The notes under the pieces were generated by a model. The model saw nothing but the letters and a program-made list of their open reading frames with translations. It was not told the origin of the DNA and searched no databases. This document shows positions 1 to 11,454 of a stretch of 64,000 bases of DNA, piece by piece. Position 1 is the first letter of the stretch, and each line of letters begins with the position of its first letter. The stretch is from Coraliomargarita sp. (GTDB taxonomy: Bacteria > Verrucomicrobiota > Verrucomicrobiia > Opitutales > Coraliomargaritaceae), in the NCBI GenBank assembly GCA_965216325.1, contig OZ244160.1, positions 64,001-128,000 of the forward strand. Reading direction: 5' to 3'. A program made the translations under genes and the position numbers.

Positions 1-1
1 G

Positions 2-1153
2 CTTGGAATGGGCCGCATCGGTGCTGAAGTCGCGAAGCGCGCGATGGCATTCCAAATGGATGTGCTCGCATATGACCCCTATCTCACTGAGTCCCGCGCA
101 AACGCACTCGGCGTGAAGATGGCAACGCTTGACGAAGTGATCGAGAACGCCGATTACATCACCACTCACATGCCGCTGACTAAGGACACCAAGCACATGC
201 TTAATGCGGATGCATTTGCACGCATGAAGGACGGTGTTCGCGTGTTTAACTGCGCGCGTGGCGGTATCATTGACGAAGCTGCACTGATCGAAGCGCTCAA
301 TTCCGGTAAGGTTGCGACTGCTGGCCTCGATGTTTATGAAGACGAGCCACCTGCTGAGGATAGCCCACTGCGCAGCATCCCAAATCTTGTGCTGACTCCA
401 CACCTCGGTGCGTCGACTGCGGAAGCGCAGGAAAATGTCGGTATCGATGTCGCGAAGCAAATGATCGAAGCTCTCACTGGAGGTATGGTGATCAATGCGC
501 TGAATATGCCATCCGTTGACCCGAAGGTCCTCGAGAAGCTCGGTCCATATATCGAACTTGGCGAAAAGATCGGCACCTTCTCTCAGCAGCTTGCTCCTGA
601 GGGTGTTGAGAAAATCACCATCCGCTACTACGGCAAGATTACGGAACTCGACACGCTTCCGCTTACAAATGCGATCCAGCGTGGCTTCCTCCGTGAGATT
701 TCGGACAACGTGAACAACGTCAATGCGCCGAAGAAGATCGAGCGTCTTGGCATCGAAACCGAGCAAGTGAAGAGCAGCACACACGCTGACTTCAATGAGC
801 TGATCGAAGTGGAAGTTACCTGCAAGGGGGGCAAGACACGCACGATCGGTGGCACGCTAGTTGGTAAGAACGAACAGCCGCGTATCGTTACCATCGACGG
901 GCACGGTGTTGAGGTGAACACACACGCGACTCTTTTGGTCCTAAAGAACAAGGATGTTCCTGGTATCGTTGGTTTCATCGGTGTGACGCTTGGCGAGGAC
1001 AATGTGAACATCGCCAACATGTCCCTCAGCCGCGATCAGGGGGAAGGTTTCGCGGTTTCGGTCTTCGAACTCGACAGTGTTCCGTCCGAAGCTGCTGCTA
1101 CGAAGATCACCGAGCATGATGCGATTGAGAAGTATCGCGTGATCAAGCTCTAG
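2..1153 (+). CDS. serA: D-3-phosphoglycerate dehydrogenase (5'-truncated by window edge)
   Basis: GMGRIG NAD-binding motif, NCARGG, LDVYEDEP, TPHLGAST, C-terminal ASB and ACT (KDVPGIVG) domains; frame open from position 2. Confidence 0.95.
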   Translation, partial: LGMGRIGAEVAKRAMAFQMDVLAYDPYLTESRANALGVKMATLDEVIENADYITTHMPLTKDTKHMLNADAFARMKDGVRVFNCARGGIIDEAALIEALNSGKVATAGLDVYEDEPPAEDSPLRSIPNLVLTPHLGASTAEAQENVGIDVAKQMIEALTGGMVINALNMPSVDPKVLEKLGPYIELGEKIGTFSQQLAPEGVEKITIRYYGKITELDTLPLTNAIQRGFLREISDNVNNVNAPKKIERLGIETEQVKSSTHADFNELIEVEVTCKGGKTRTIGGTLVGKNEQPRIVTIDGHGVEVNTHATLLVLKNKDVPGIVGFIGVTLGEDNVNIANMSLSRDQGEGFAVSVFELDSVPSEAAATKITEHDAIEKYRVIKL

Positions 1154-1181
1154 TCTTGGTTAGCACTGATCGTTAACTTTC

Positions 1182-1222
1182 AAAAACTCCGTTGGTTCTC
1201 GGCCGACGGAGTTTTTTCTTTT
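1182..1222 (+). terminator. Rho-independent terminator
   Basis: aaaaactccgttggt-tctc-ggccgacggagttttt hairpin plus U tract after serA. Confidence 0.8.
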
Positions 1223-1260
1223 CAACCCACGAGGATCTTTGTGATCATTCAACTATAGTT

Positions 1261-1860
1261 ATGTCAGTCCTAGTCCTACAAATTATCATCGTTTCAGTGG
1301 TCGGCTATTTACTTGGAGCGATCAGCTTCGCGGTAATCGTAGCTAAGAGCAAGGGAGTCGATATCTTCAAAGAGGGGAGCGGTAATCCGGGTGCGACCAA
1401 CGTGAAGCGCGTGCTCGGCTCAAAGTGTGGTAACACGGTTTTTGCGCTGGATGCTTTGAAGGGGGTGGTTGCTGCGGGCTGGCCATATTGGATTCTTGGC
1501 GATATTCAGCTTGGTGTAATTGGCCTGCTGGCTGCGATTATCGGTCACAGCTTCTCGGTGTTCCTGAAGTTCCGTGGCGGGAAGGGAGTCGCAACGACAA
1601 TGGGTGGCTTGCTGGCCTTGATGCCACTGGTGCTGGTCATCGGAGTGCTCGTATGGATCGTGATTTTCTATAGCACGAAGGTGGTGGCATTGGCGTCGAT
1701 CCTATTTGCACTGAGTTTGCCGGTGAGTGCTTGTATTCTGCACGGCACAAGTGACCCTCGGTTTACTCTCGCGGTTGTTTTGGGACTGCTGATTGTTGTG
1801 CGACATCGTTCCAATATTTCGCGATTGCTCTCAGGCAAAGAGAATAGCTTCAAAAAGTAG
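1261..1860 (+). CDS. plsY: Glycerol-3-phosphate acyltransferase PlsY
   Basis: GYLLGAI, GSGNPGATN, DALKG, GHSFS, FRGGKGVAT, HRSNI motifs; ATG 1261 preferred over ORF start 1192. Confidence 0.95.
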   Translation: MSVLVLQIIIVSVVGYLLGAISFAVIVAKSKGVDIFKEGSGNPGATNVKRVLGSKCGNTVFALDALKGVVAAGWPYWILGDIQLGVIGLLAAIIGHSFSVFLKFRGGKGVATTMGGLLALMPLVLVIGVLVWIVIFYSTKVVALASILFALSLPVSACILHGTSDPRFTLAVVLGLLIVVRHRSNISRLLSGKENSFKK

Positions 1861-1939
1861 CGTGCGCACTTGTGCGTCACTATCAAGTCGAAGCCTCGAT
1901 CAACAGTGCATCCACAAGTGGAGCACCTACAGGGCTGTA

Positions 1940-3097
1940 TTAACTGGCTTCGCTGTCTTCCTTGGGGTGGTAGAACTGTTGGTGTGTCTCGCTGAGCAGT
2001 TGCTTGACGTTGAGTTCAGCAATGGTGCGTGTTGAGTCGACTTTATCAACCGCCTCAGTAGTCGCAAAGCAGCCGGGGAACCAGTCGCCTTTGCCTTCAA
2101 ACATATTGTAGCGCATATCACCGAAGCTGGTCTGGTCGTAGCATTTCCACATGCGACGCATGCGTATCACTTCGGGGATATTGATGCCCGATGGGTCGCC
2201 AAGCATTTCGTAGCCTTCCCAAGCGGTTTCAGGGGCGTCGAGTTGTGCAGCATTCATACGTTGAGTGATCTCCTGATCCGCGCGTGACAGCGGAACACTG
2301 AACGGGAAAATGCCTGACATTTCCTGAACGTGTTCAGGTTCGCTCAGGCCGAAGCTCAGAGTGTGGATGTTCGGGTTCTGTAAGCACCAGCGGGCGTTAA
2401 ACTGTATCGGCGTGAGTGGGGCGCAGAGCTTGGTGAGCTTTGTTGAGGGCTCGTAGAGTTTACCACCCTTGTCGTTCGGGGAGATGATGAAGATCCCGAG
2501 GCCTTTGGCGGCCGCGTAGTCGACCGCGCCGCGGTTGCGTTGCATGAAATAGTAGTAGTGCAGGTTTACGAAGCTGAACAGGTTGGTGGCGACGGCGTCG
2601 ATGATCACCTCAAGAGGGCCGTGGGTGGAGAAGCCGACATCACCAATGATGCCTTCGTCCTTCATTTTGAGCAGTTCTTCGACAGGGCCACCCGGCTTAG
2701 TCGCGATCGACAATTTCTCGGGAGTGTTGATTCCGTGCCAACCGTAGAGGTCGATGTGATCTGTTTTCAATGCCGTGAGCTGCTGCTCAACCAGTGCACG
2801 CATCTCATTCGCTGTGTTGGCCGCGCCTTTGGTCATTAGGTTGTAACTGTCACGTTTCCAGCCAAGCACGTCATTGAGTGCGATCCCGTGGCAGTGTTCG
2901 CTCTTGCCATAGCCATATGCGGTCTCGATATGGTTCACTCCTTGAGCAAAGGCACGCGCCACGATGTCGGCACATTGGTCGATCATCTTGGTTGATGGCT
3001 CATTGCGGGGTTCACCCCAGCCGTCGTGATAGCGCATGCCGCCTAGGGTGATGGTGGAAAGCCAGCGGTCGGTTTTACCGAACCTACGATAGGCCAT
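1940..3097 (-). CDS. Aldo/keto reductase family oxidoreductase
   Basis: YRRFGKT, LGGMR, GVNHIETAYGYG-SE, DHIDLYGWHG, VGFSTHG; start ATG 3097 (could be slightly upstream). Confidence 0.88.
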   Translation of the reverse strand: MAYRRFGKTDRWLSTITLGGMRYHDGWGEPRNEPSTKMIDQCADIVARAFAQGVNHIETAYGYGKSEHCHGIALNDVLGWKRDSYNLMTKGAANTANEMRALVEQQLTALKTDHIDLYGWHGINTPEKLSIATKPGGPVEELLKMKDEGIIGDVGFSTHGPLEVIIDAVATNLFSFVNLHYYYFMQRNRGAVDYAAAKGLGIFIISPNDKGGKLYEPSTKLTKLCAPLTPIQFNARWCLQNPNIHTLSFGLSEPEHVQEMSGIFPFSVPLSRADQEITQRMNAAQLDAPETAWEGYEMLGDPSGINIPEVIRMRRMWKCYDQTSFGDMRYNMFEGKGDWFPGCFATTEAVDKVDSTRTIAELNVKQLLSETHQQFYHPKEDSEAS

Positions 3098-3201
3098 CGT
3101 CGATTTCTGATTCTTAATTTCCACTGAGACTGAGCGAAGTCTGATCTTGAAACTTTGCAAACCTGATATTGGCTGTCCTGCTTTACTTTTTACAAATCTA
3201 C

Positions 3202-4530
3202 ATGTCTGAGAAACGCACTATCCGCATCGGACTTCTTGGCTTCGGCGTCGTCGGCCAAGGTGTCTGGAAGAATATCGAGAACAATCGCCAAGCTTTGGAA
3301 TACCGCCTCGGTGCTGAATTAGACATCACGCAGGTTGTCGTCAAAAATCTGAGCCGTGAACGTGAGGTTGTAGTGCCTGCTGAGTGCCTCTCTGTAGAAC
3401 CTGCGAAGGTCGTCGATAACCCGGAAATTGATATCGTCTGTGAGCTGATGGGCGGCACCGACGAGGCGCTTGAGTTAACTCGACGTGCACTCCAGCAAGG
3501 TAAGATCGTGGTAACCGCGAACAAAGCGCTGATCTGCGAACATGGCGAAGAGTTGTTCAAAATCGCGAATGAGAACGGCGGCCACTATTTCTACGAGGCA
3601 TCGGTTGCCGGTGGCATCCCGATCATTAAGACGATCCGCGAGGCACTGGTTGCGAATCGTTTCAAGCAGATCTTTGGCATTCTAAACGGCACCTCAAATT
3701 ACATTCTCACTCGTATGGAGCGTGAGGGACTGAGCTTTGAGGATACGCTTGGTGATGCGCGCAAGCTTGGATATGTCGAGGCGGATGAAGCACTCGATCT
3801 CGATGGTATCGATGCTGCTCACAAGGCGGTCATCCTTGCTTACTTGGCGCACGGCAAATGGGTGAAGCTCGAGGAGATCATTTGTGAAGGCATCCGAGAG
3901 ATCACAGGGGATGATATCGCGATTGCCGGTGAGCTTGGCTACAAAATCAAGCTGCTGGCTGTGATTGAACGCGATTTCGTAGCCAACCAGCTTTCGGTTC
4001 GTCTACACCCTGCATTGATCTCCAAGAGCGAGGTAATTGCAGGTGTGGATGAGGTCTATAATGGTGTCAGTGTCACGGGCGACGTCGTCGGCACTACTGT
4101 ATTGATCGGCCGTGGAGCAGGGCAGGATGCCACATCCAGTTCCGTCATTAGTGATATCGCGGATGCGGTCTTCATGCTGCAGGGGGCGCCCAAGCCAGCC
4201 ATTTCAGAAGAAGACGAGAAAGTTTATCAACAGCTTGCCGATGGCCTTGAACTTGCCGCCAAGGATCAGTTGAGCGGATCCTACTACCTCCGTATTCATG
4301 TGAAGGATGAAGAGGGCGTATTGGCAAAGATCTCGAACATCCTCGCTGAGCATCATATCAGTTTTGCCACTGTGAACCAAAAAGAGCTGTCGGATGGCAC
4401 TGCACGGATCATGCTGACCACGCACGAGAGCAATGAAACTGCGATCGCTCAGGCGAAGGCCGCACTTGCGGATCAGGATGTTGTGATTGAAACACCAGTG
4501 AGCTTCCGCATTTTTGCTCCTGCTGTGTAA
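3202..4530 (+). CDS. hom: Homoserine dehydrogenase with C-terminal ACT domain
   Basis: GFGVVG, VTANKA, EASVAGGIP, GILNGTSNYIL, GRGAG; ACT (DEEGVLAKI). Confidence 0.95.
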   Translation: MSEKRTIRIGLLGFGVVGQGVWKNIENNRQALEYRLGAELDITQVVVKNLSREREVVVPAECLSVEPAKVVDNPEIDIVCELMGGTDEALELTRRALQQGKIVVTANKALICEHGEELFKIANENGGHYFYEASVAGGIPIIKTIREALVANRFKQIFGILNGTSNYILTRMEREGLSFEDTLGDARKLGYVEADEALDLDGIDAAHKAVILAYLAHGKWVKLEEIICEGIREITGDDIAIAGELGYKIKLLAVIERDFVANQLSVRLHPALISKSEVIAGVDEVYNGVSVTGDVVGTTVLIGRGAGQDATSSSVISDIADAVFMLQGAPKPAISEEDEKVYQQLADGLELAAKDQLSGSYYLRIHVKDEEGVLAKISNILAEHHISFATVNQKELSDGTARIMLTTHESNETAIAQAKAALADQDVVIETPVSFRIFAPAV

Positions 4531-4623
4531 TTGTGTCATTTTTGTGATTTCGCAGAAGAGCATTGCTAGTGGACTCATTTCCAGCATCAGGAGAAAACCC
4601 TTAACCCTCAAAAATCCAAAAAC

Positions 4624-5982
4624 ATGAAAATTTGCTGCATCGGAGCAGGCTACGTTGGTGGCCCAACTATGGCAATGATTGCGCACAAGTGCGCAGATCA
4701 CACCGTAACCGTCGTTGATATCAACCAAGCTCGTATTGACGCTTGGAATTCGGACGAACTGCCTATTTACGAGCCGGGTCTCGACGAAGTGGTGAAGGCA
4801 GCCCGTGGCAAGAACCTGTTTTTCTCGACAGATGTGGATGCGGGGATCCGTGAGGCGGACATGATCTTCATGTCGGTGAATACACCTACCAAGACCTACG
4901 GTGCGGGAGCTGGTCGCGCTGCAGATTTGCGCTACATTGAAAAGTGTGCGCGTAAGATCGCTGAGGTTTCTGAAGGCGATAAGATTGTGGTTGAGAAGTC
5001 CACATTGCCAGTCCGCACAGCGGAGTCGATTAAGCGCATTCTCGAGGCCAACGCTAAAGGCCGCAAATTCCAGATTCTGTCCAATCCTGAGTTCCTGGCT
5101 GAAGGCACTGCAATTGACGATCTGAACAATCCAGATCGTGTATTGATTGGCGGCGAGGAAAGTGCAGAGGGCGAAGTTGCTATTCAAAAGCTGGTGGATG
5201 TCTACGCGACTTGGGTGCCGCGCGAGAAAATCATTACCACCAATGTCTGGTCTTCCGAGCTCTCCAAGTTGACTGCAAACGCGTTCCTTGCGCAGCGTGT
5301 ATCCTCCATTAACGCAATTTCTGCCCTCTGTGAAGAGACGGGGGCGAATGTTGACGAAGTTGCGGCTGCGATCGGAACGGATAGTCGTATCGGTCCAAAG
5401 TTCCTGAAGTCCTCTGTTGGTTTCGGAGGCTCATGCTTCCAAAAGGATATTCTGAATCTGGTCTACCTCTGTGAGCACTTTGGTCTTCCCGACGTGGCGG
5501 CTTACTGGAACAGCGTCATCGAGATGAACGACTACCAGAAGCATCGCTTTGCGCGTCGTGTGGTTTCGACACTCTTCAACACCGTATCCGAGAAGAAGCT
5601 CGCCGTGTTAGGCTTCGCATTCAAGAAGGATACCAATGATACCAGAGAGTCCGCTGCGATCTATGTGTGCCGAGATTTGATCGAAGAGTTGGCAAATGTG
5701 GCGATTTACGACCCGAAGGTGCCTGCCGCACAGATTTACCATGACCTTCAGGTTGAGGCGAGTGACGAACGTGTCAGTATTTGTGCCGATGCATATGAGG
5801 CGACCGAAGATGCACATGCAGTGCTTATCTTGACCGAGTGGGATGAGTTTAAGGCGCTCGATTTCAAGAAGATACACGATCGGATGCAGAAGCCGGCCTT
5901 CCTGTTTGATGGTCGTAATCTGCTGGATTTGGAAGCGTTGCGCGAAATCGGTTTTGAGGCCCGTGGAATAGGGCAGGGCTAG
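4624..5982 (+). CDS. ugd: UDP-glucose 6-dehydrogenase
   Basis: [42 protein letters not shown]. Confidence 0.95.
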   Translation: MKICCIGAGYVGGPTMAMIAHKCADHTVTVVDINQARIDAWNSDELPIYEPGLDEVVKAARGKNLFFSTDVDAGIREADMIFMSVNTPTKTYGAGAGRAADLRYIEKCARKIAEVSEGDKIVVEKSTLPVRTAESIKRILEANAKGRKFQILSNPEFLAEGTAIDDLNNPDRVLIGGEESAEGEVAIQKLVDVYATWVPREKIITTNVWSSELSKLTANAFLAQRVSSINAISALCEETGANVDEVAAAIGTDSRIGPKFLKSSVGFGGSCFQKDILNLVYLCEHFGLPDVAAYWNSVIEMNDYQKHRFARRVVSTLFNTVSEKKLAVLGFAFKKDTNDTRESAAIYVCRDLIEELANVAIYDPKVPAAQIYHDLQVEASDERVSICADAYEATEDAHAVLILTEWDEFKALDFKKIHDRMQKPAFLFDGRNLLDLEALREIGFEARGIGQG

Positions 5983-6027
5983 GTCTCCAGAAAACAGCAT
6001 GGACCGTGGATTTCTCAGGATTCGGCC

Positions 6028-6056
6028 TTGACAGGCACTGCCTCAATCCGCACCTT
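6028..6056 (+). promoter_or_regulatory. Putative sigma70 promoter of rpsT
   Basis: TTGACA, 17-nt spacer, CACCTT; the same cTTGACAgg occurs upstream of rpsP (16399-16407). Confidence 0.45.
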
Positions 6057-6082
6057 CCCGCTCTTTTACAACTTTCAACGTT

Positions 6083-6340
<258 letters not shown>

Positions 6341-6361
6341 GCTCGGATCAATCCATTTCCT

Positions 6362-6399
6362 TACCCTCGGTTATCGCTGGTCGATCCGAGGGTATTTTG
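6362..6399 (+). terminator. Hairpin/terminator after rpsT
   Basis: taccctcgg...ccgagggta followed by tttt. Confidence 0.65.
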
Positions 6400-6421
6400 T
6401 ATCCAAATTCGACACCACACC

Positions 6422-7210
6422 ATGTGCGCTAAGTCTAAACAGAACGCGATCGGTTTTCCGCCGCCACTTTTGGGTGAACAGCCGCTTCGCCTGACTGTGC
6501 TTGCTGAGTCGGCCAATTGGGTTGCGCTGGATAAACCGGCGGGCGTTGGGGTGCGTGAGCATCCTTGGGATGAGAATTGTCAGAATTTGGACACGGCGTT
6601 GAATGCACAGCTTAAAACCGCAAAGCCAGAGTTATTGAAGCGTGATGCAGAGTTGTTTGGCTCGGTGTATCATTTTGATGCAGCGATCAGCGGAGTGTCT
6701 TTGTTTGCCATGAAGCGTGATGCGCTTGCCGAGTTTCGTAATGACTATGGTTCAGAACATCTCAGGTTTCGATTTATCTTTGTGAGCCGCGCAGGTGACC
6801 AGGATGCTGTGATCTCCGCAGATGCTCCCTTGCTGCAGCATAACACTAAGCTGAAAATGATCCCATCCAGTGCGAAGGGGAAAAAAGCCCAGACAACATT
6901 CCAACGATTGGGCACTTCGACCTCTGGTTGGTCGCTATGGGAGGCGACGACACATTTTATACGTCCTCATCAAATACGGGCGCATGCTGCGGTTCATGGT
7001 ATTCCAGTTGTGGGTGATGAACTCTACGACGGCGCTCCCGTTCCAACACTCAGGGATCTCATGCCCAAAAAGCGTGGGCCAGGAATGCAGGCAGCTGCGT
7101 TTGATGGGATACCGCTGCATTTGGCCTCGGTAACACTGCCGAATGGTGTCGAAGTTGAAGCGCCTTTGCCAAAAAACTTTGAGGTGCTTCTGCGCCGCCT
7201 AGGATTATAG
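6422..7210 (+). CDS. RluA-family pseudouridine synthase-like protein (divergent motif II)
   Basis: LDKPAG, YHFDAAISG (for HRLDxxTSG), GKKAQT, RPHQIRAH, GIPVVGDELY, LHLASV. Confidence 0.8.
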   Translation: MCAKSKQNAIGFPPPLLGEQPLRLTVLAESANWVALDKPAGVGVREHPWDENCQNLDTALNAQLKTAKPELLKRDAELFGSVYHFDAAISGVSLFAMKRDALAEFRNDYGSEHLRFRFIFVSRAGDQDAVISADAPLLQHNTKLKMIPSSAKGKKAQTTFQRLGTSTSGWSLWEATTHFIRPHQIRAHAAVHGIPVVGDELYDGAPVPTLRDLMPKKRGPGMQAAAFDGIPLHLASVTLPNGVEVEAPLPKNFEVLLRRLGL

Positions 7211-7215
7211 CCTTT

Positions 7216-7293
7216 GTAGGGGCGCGACTTGACGCGCCTGCAGGAATCTGAGAAACCGCTAAGCATGGCGGGCGCGTCAAGTCGCGCCCCTAC
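7216..7293. repeat. GTAG-type REP-like inverted pair, family A copy 1
   Basis: gtaggggcgcgacttgacgcgcc...ggcgcgtcaagtcgcgcccctac; near-identical copy at 28370-28445. Confidence 0.9.
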
Positions 7294-7309
7294 CTTTGAT
7301 CCGAAACAT

Positions 7310-7978
7310 ATGAGCGCATTAGAAGACCTTCTACAGACTGTTGCAGCACTTCGAGAGCCGGAAACCGGCTGCCCTTGGGACATTGAACAAACACACCAGT
7401 CGATCACGGATTGCCTGATTGATGAGTGCTGTGAGCTGCTGCAAACCATTGATCGCAACGACATGCATCACATGGAGGAGGAGCTTGGTGATGTGCTCCT
7501 GCAAGTCGTCATGCACGCTCAGATGGCGAAGGAGGCCGGCCATTTCGATTTCGAAGACGTCTGCAAGGAGATTAACGAAAAGCTGGTGCGTCGCCATCCG
7601 CACGTTTTTGGCGAAAACGCACTCGGTGACACCGACGCAGTGCTCAAGCAATGGGACGACATTAAGGCGGCCGAGAAGAAGCGCGGTCCACAACAGGAGG
7701 GCCGTTTCAAAGATCTACCACGCCAGTTGCCCGCACTGATGTTTGCGCAAGACGTCTTCAAGCAGATTCAAAAGCAGCAAATGGAAGCTGCTGATGTGAT
7801 TGATGAAGGCGGCATTGAAATGACTGCAGCAGCACTCGCGGCAGACGAAGCTGCCCTCGGCAAGCAGTTGTTCGAAATTGCAGCCGCGTGCCGGATTAAA
7901 AAGATTGAGCCGGAATCTGCGCTACGTCGCTATGCACAAAGCGTGGTCGACCAATTGGAGGCGAAGTCGGCCCACTAA
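7310..7978 (+). CDS. mazG: MazG-family nucleoside triphosphate pyrophosphohydrolase
   Basis: LREPETGCPWDIEQT, EELGDVLLQ, KLVRRHPHVF; second domain reduced; ORF extension to 7229 runs through the repeat. Confidence 0.9.
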   Translation: MSALEDLLQTVAALREPETGCPWDIEQTHQSITDCLIDECCELLQTIDRNDMHHMEEELGDVLLQVVMHAQMAKEAGHFDFEDVCKEINEKLVRRHPHVFGENALGDTDAVLKQWDDIKAAEKKRGPQQEGRFKDLPRQLPALMFAQDVFKQIQKQQMEAADVIDEGGIEMTAAALAADEAALGKQLFEIAAACRIKKIEPESALRRYAQSVVDQLEAKSAH

Positions 7979-7981
7979 TTT

Positions 7982-8029
7982 CACGAATGGACACGAATGA
8001 GTATTGGTGACAATTCGTGTGTATTCGTG
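7982..8029. repeat. Short inverted repeat with tandem cacgaat units
   Basis: cacgaatggacacgaat ... attcgtgtgtattcgtg. Confidence 0.7.
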
Positions 8030-8731
8030 GGCAATCAATCGGTGCCACTTGAGATTCGGCGACGCAAAGGAACGAAGTATCTTAAAATCAGCCTTGGCTA
8101 CCAAAACCAAATTGTCGTTTCGGTTCCATGGCGATGCTCCGAAAAAGTTGCGCTGGGCTTTGTCGAGAAACAGCGAGCATGGCTGGAACAGCAACTCGCG
8201 AAGGCTCCACAGCCTCGAACAATTGAGAGCTGGCTGAGTGAGCACCCACAGGTCAGTGCCAGTGGTGATCGCTTTCACGTTCAAGTTGAACGGACCGAGC
8301 GTGCGCGGGCGGACTATACTTTCGATAACTCTGGAGCGGATCTGGTTTTGCGGCTGCCACAGACTGCAACCGAAGGAACACTGCTTCGCCTCGTGCGTAG
8401 CTTTGCGAAAGATGCCTTACATTGTCGCGTGGCGTATCAGGCAAAGCGCCTTGGCTTTGCGATTCCAATTGTATCCGTTCGGGATCAATCCAGCCGTTGG
8501 GGCTCATGCTCTTCGACAGGCAAGCTCTCGCTGAATTGGCGTTTGATTCTCTTAGCTCCAGAATTGCAAGACTACGTCATCCTGCACGAGCTCGCGCATT
8601 TGACGGAAATGAATCATTCTAAGCGTTTCTGGGCCTTATTGGATACTTACGATCCCAACCGAGTCGCCCACGAAGCCGAGTTAGATCGTATTGGCCCCGA
8701 GCTCATGCGGGTGGGGCGTTTTAGGGATTAG
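7997..8731 (+). CDS. YgjP/DUF45-family metal-dependent hydrolase
   Basis: SRWGSCS, LSLNWRL, DYVILHELAHL-EMNHSKRFW; start may instead be GTG at 8042. Confidence 0.9.
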   Translation: MSIGDNSCVFVGNQSVPLEIRRRKGTKYLKISLGYQNQIVVSVPWRCSEKVALGFVEKQRAWLEQQLAKAPQPRTIESWLSEHPQVSASGDRFHVQVERTERARADYTFDNSGADLVLRLPQTATEGTLLRLVRSFAKDALHCRVAYQAKRLGFAIPIVSVRDQSSRWGSCSSTGKLSLNWRLILLAPELQDYVILHELAHLTEMNHSKRFWALLDTYDPNRVAHEAELDRIGPELMRVGRFRD

Positions 8732-9278
8732 TTTCCAACTCAGGGTATTGCTCGGTGATATCCATGTGCACTTCGCTGAATGGTAGCCACTGATCGTTCT
8801 CAAGCTCAGGATCCATAGAGCGGACAATATTGAGGCTAATTTGTAGTTTCTTCAGCGCAGTATCGAAACGACTCTTGGTGGTATGGAACTCGGTGATCGC
8901 GTGTTTGCGCAAGTCGCCAGTGAACCACGGCTCGATGCGAATGCACTCATAGAGTTGCTGGCACAATTCTGGGAGTTCGGAGATTGGAACATACGCTTTC
9001 GGATAATGTGATTCGCGCAGATAACGCATTTCCATCAGCACCGCATCGCCGCCTGCGACTTTGCCGTAAAAGATCTCATCGGGATAGGTTTCTGGAATGC
9101 GGGTCTTCCAATCCCAGATCGCGGACACTTTGGGATTCCATCCGCCATCGTCCGGCTTCTCTTCCGATAGGTCAGTATTCTCCCATAGCGATGGGTAGGG
9201 CGAGCCCTTGCTGCCGAAGACAGTGACCACCTTGTGTTGGAGCACAAAATCGGTCGCTTCGTCGAAAGTCTTGATCAT
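8721..9278 (-). CDS. Conserved hypothetical protein, possibly AlkZ-related winged-helix family
   Basis: PSLWE, WDWK, IFYGK, C-terminal FDTALKKLQ helix pattern; lies directly downstream of ispG. Confidence 0.6.
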   Translation of the reverse strand: MIKTFDEATDFVLQHKVVTVFGSKGSPYPSLWENTDLSEEKPDDGGWNPKVSAIWDWKTRIPETYPDEIFYGKVAGGDAVLMEMRYLRESHYPKAYVPISELPELCQQLYECIRIEPWFTGDLRKHAITEFHTTKSRFDTALKKLQISLNIVRSMDPELENDQWLPFSEVHMDITEQYPELETNP

Positions 9279-9295
9279 CGCTGTGGCGTTTGATG

Positions 9296-11347
<2,052 letters not shown>

Positions 11348-11364
11348 TGCTTAAGCTCTGCGGT

Positions 11365-11443
11365 TTGGCAGAACAATTATTGGCAAAATAATTTCTGCTC
11401 AGCCGTTAGAGTGGAAAATTGTTCTGCCAATAATTATTCTGCC
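11365..11443. repeat. Inverted repeat of tandem 15-bp units between rseP and ispG
   Basis: ttggcagaacaatta-ttggcaaaataattt ... aattgttctgccaa-taattattctgcc. Confidence 0.8.
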
Positions 11444-11454
11444 TCTAATTCTGG

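Noticed and set aside
4204..5187. 327-aa minus-strand ORF
   Set aside because: Antisense shadow of hom and ugd; no recognisable motifs
7229..7309. N-terminal extension of MazG in the ORF track
   Set aside because: Read-through of the REP-like element; family similarity begins at ATG 7310
11365..11443. Possible CRISPR mini-array
   Set aside because: Units are short, adjacent and inverted, with no spacers and no cas genes
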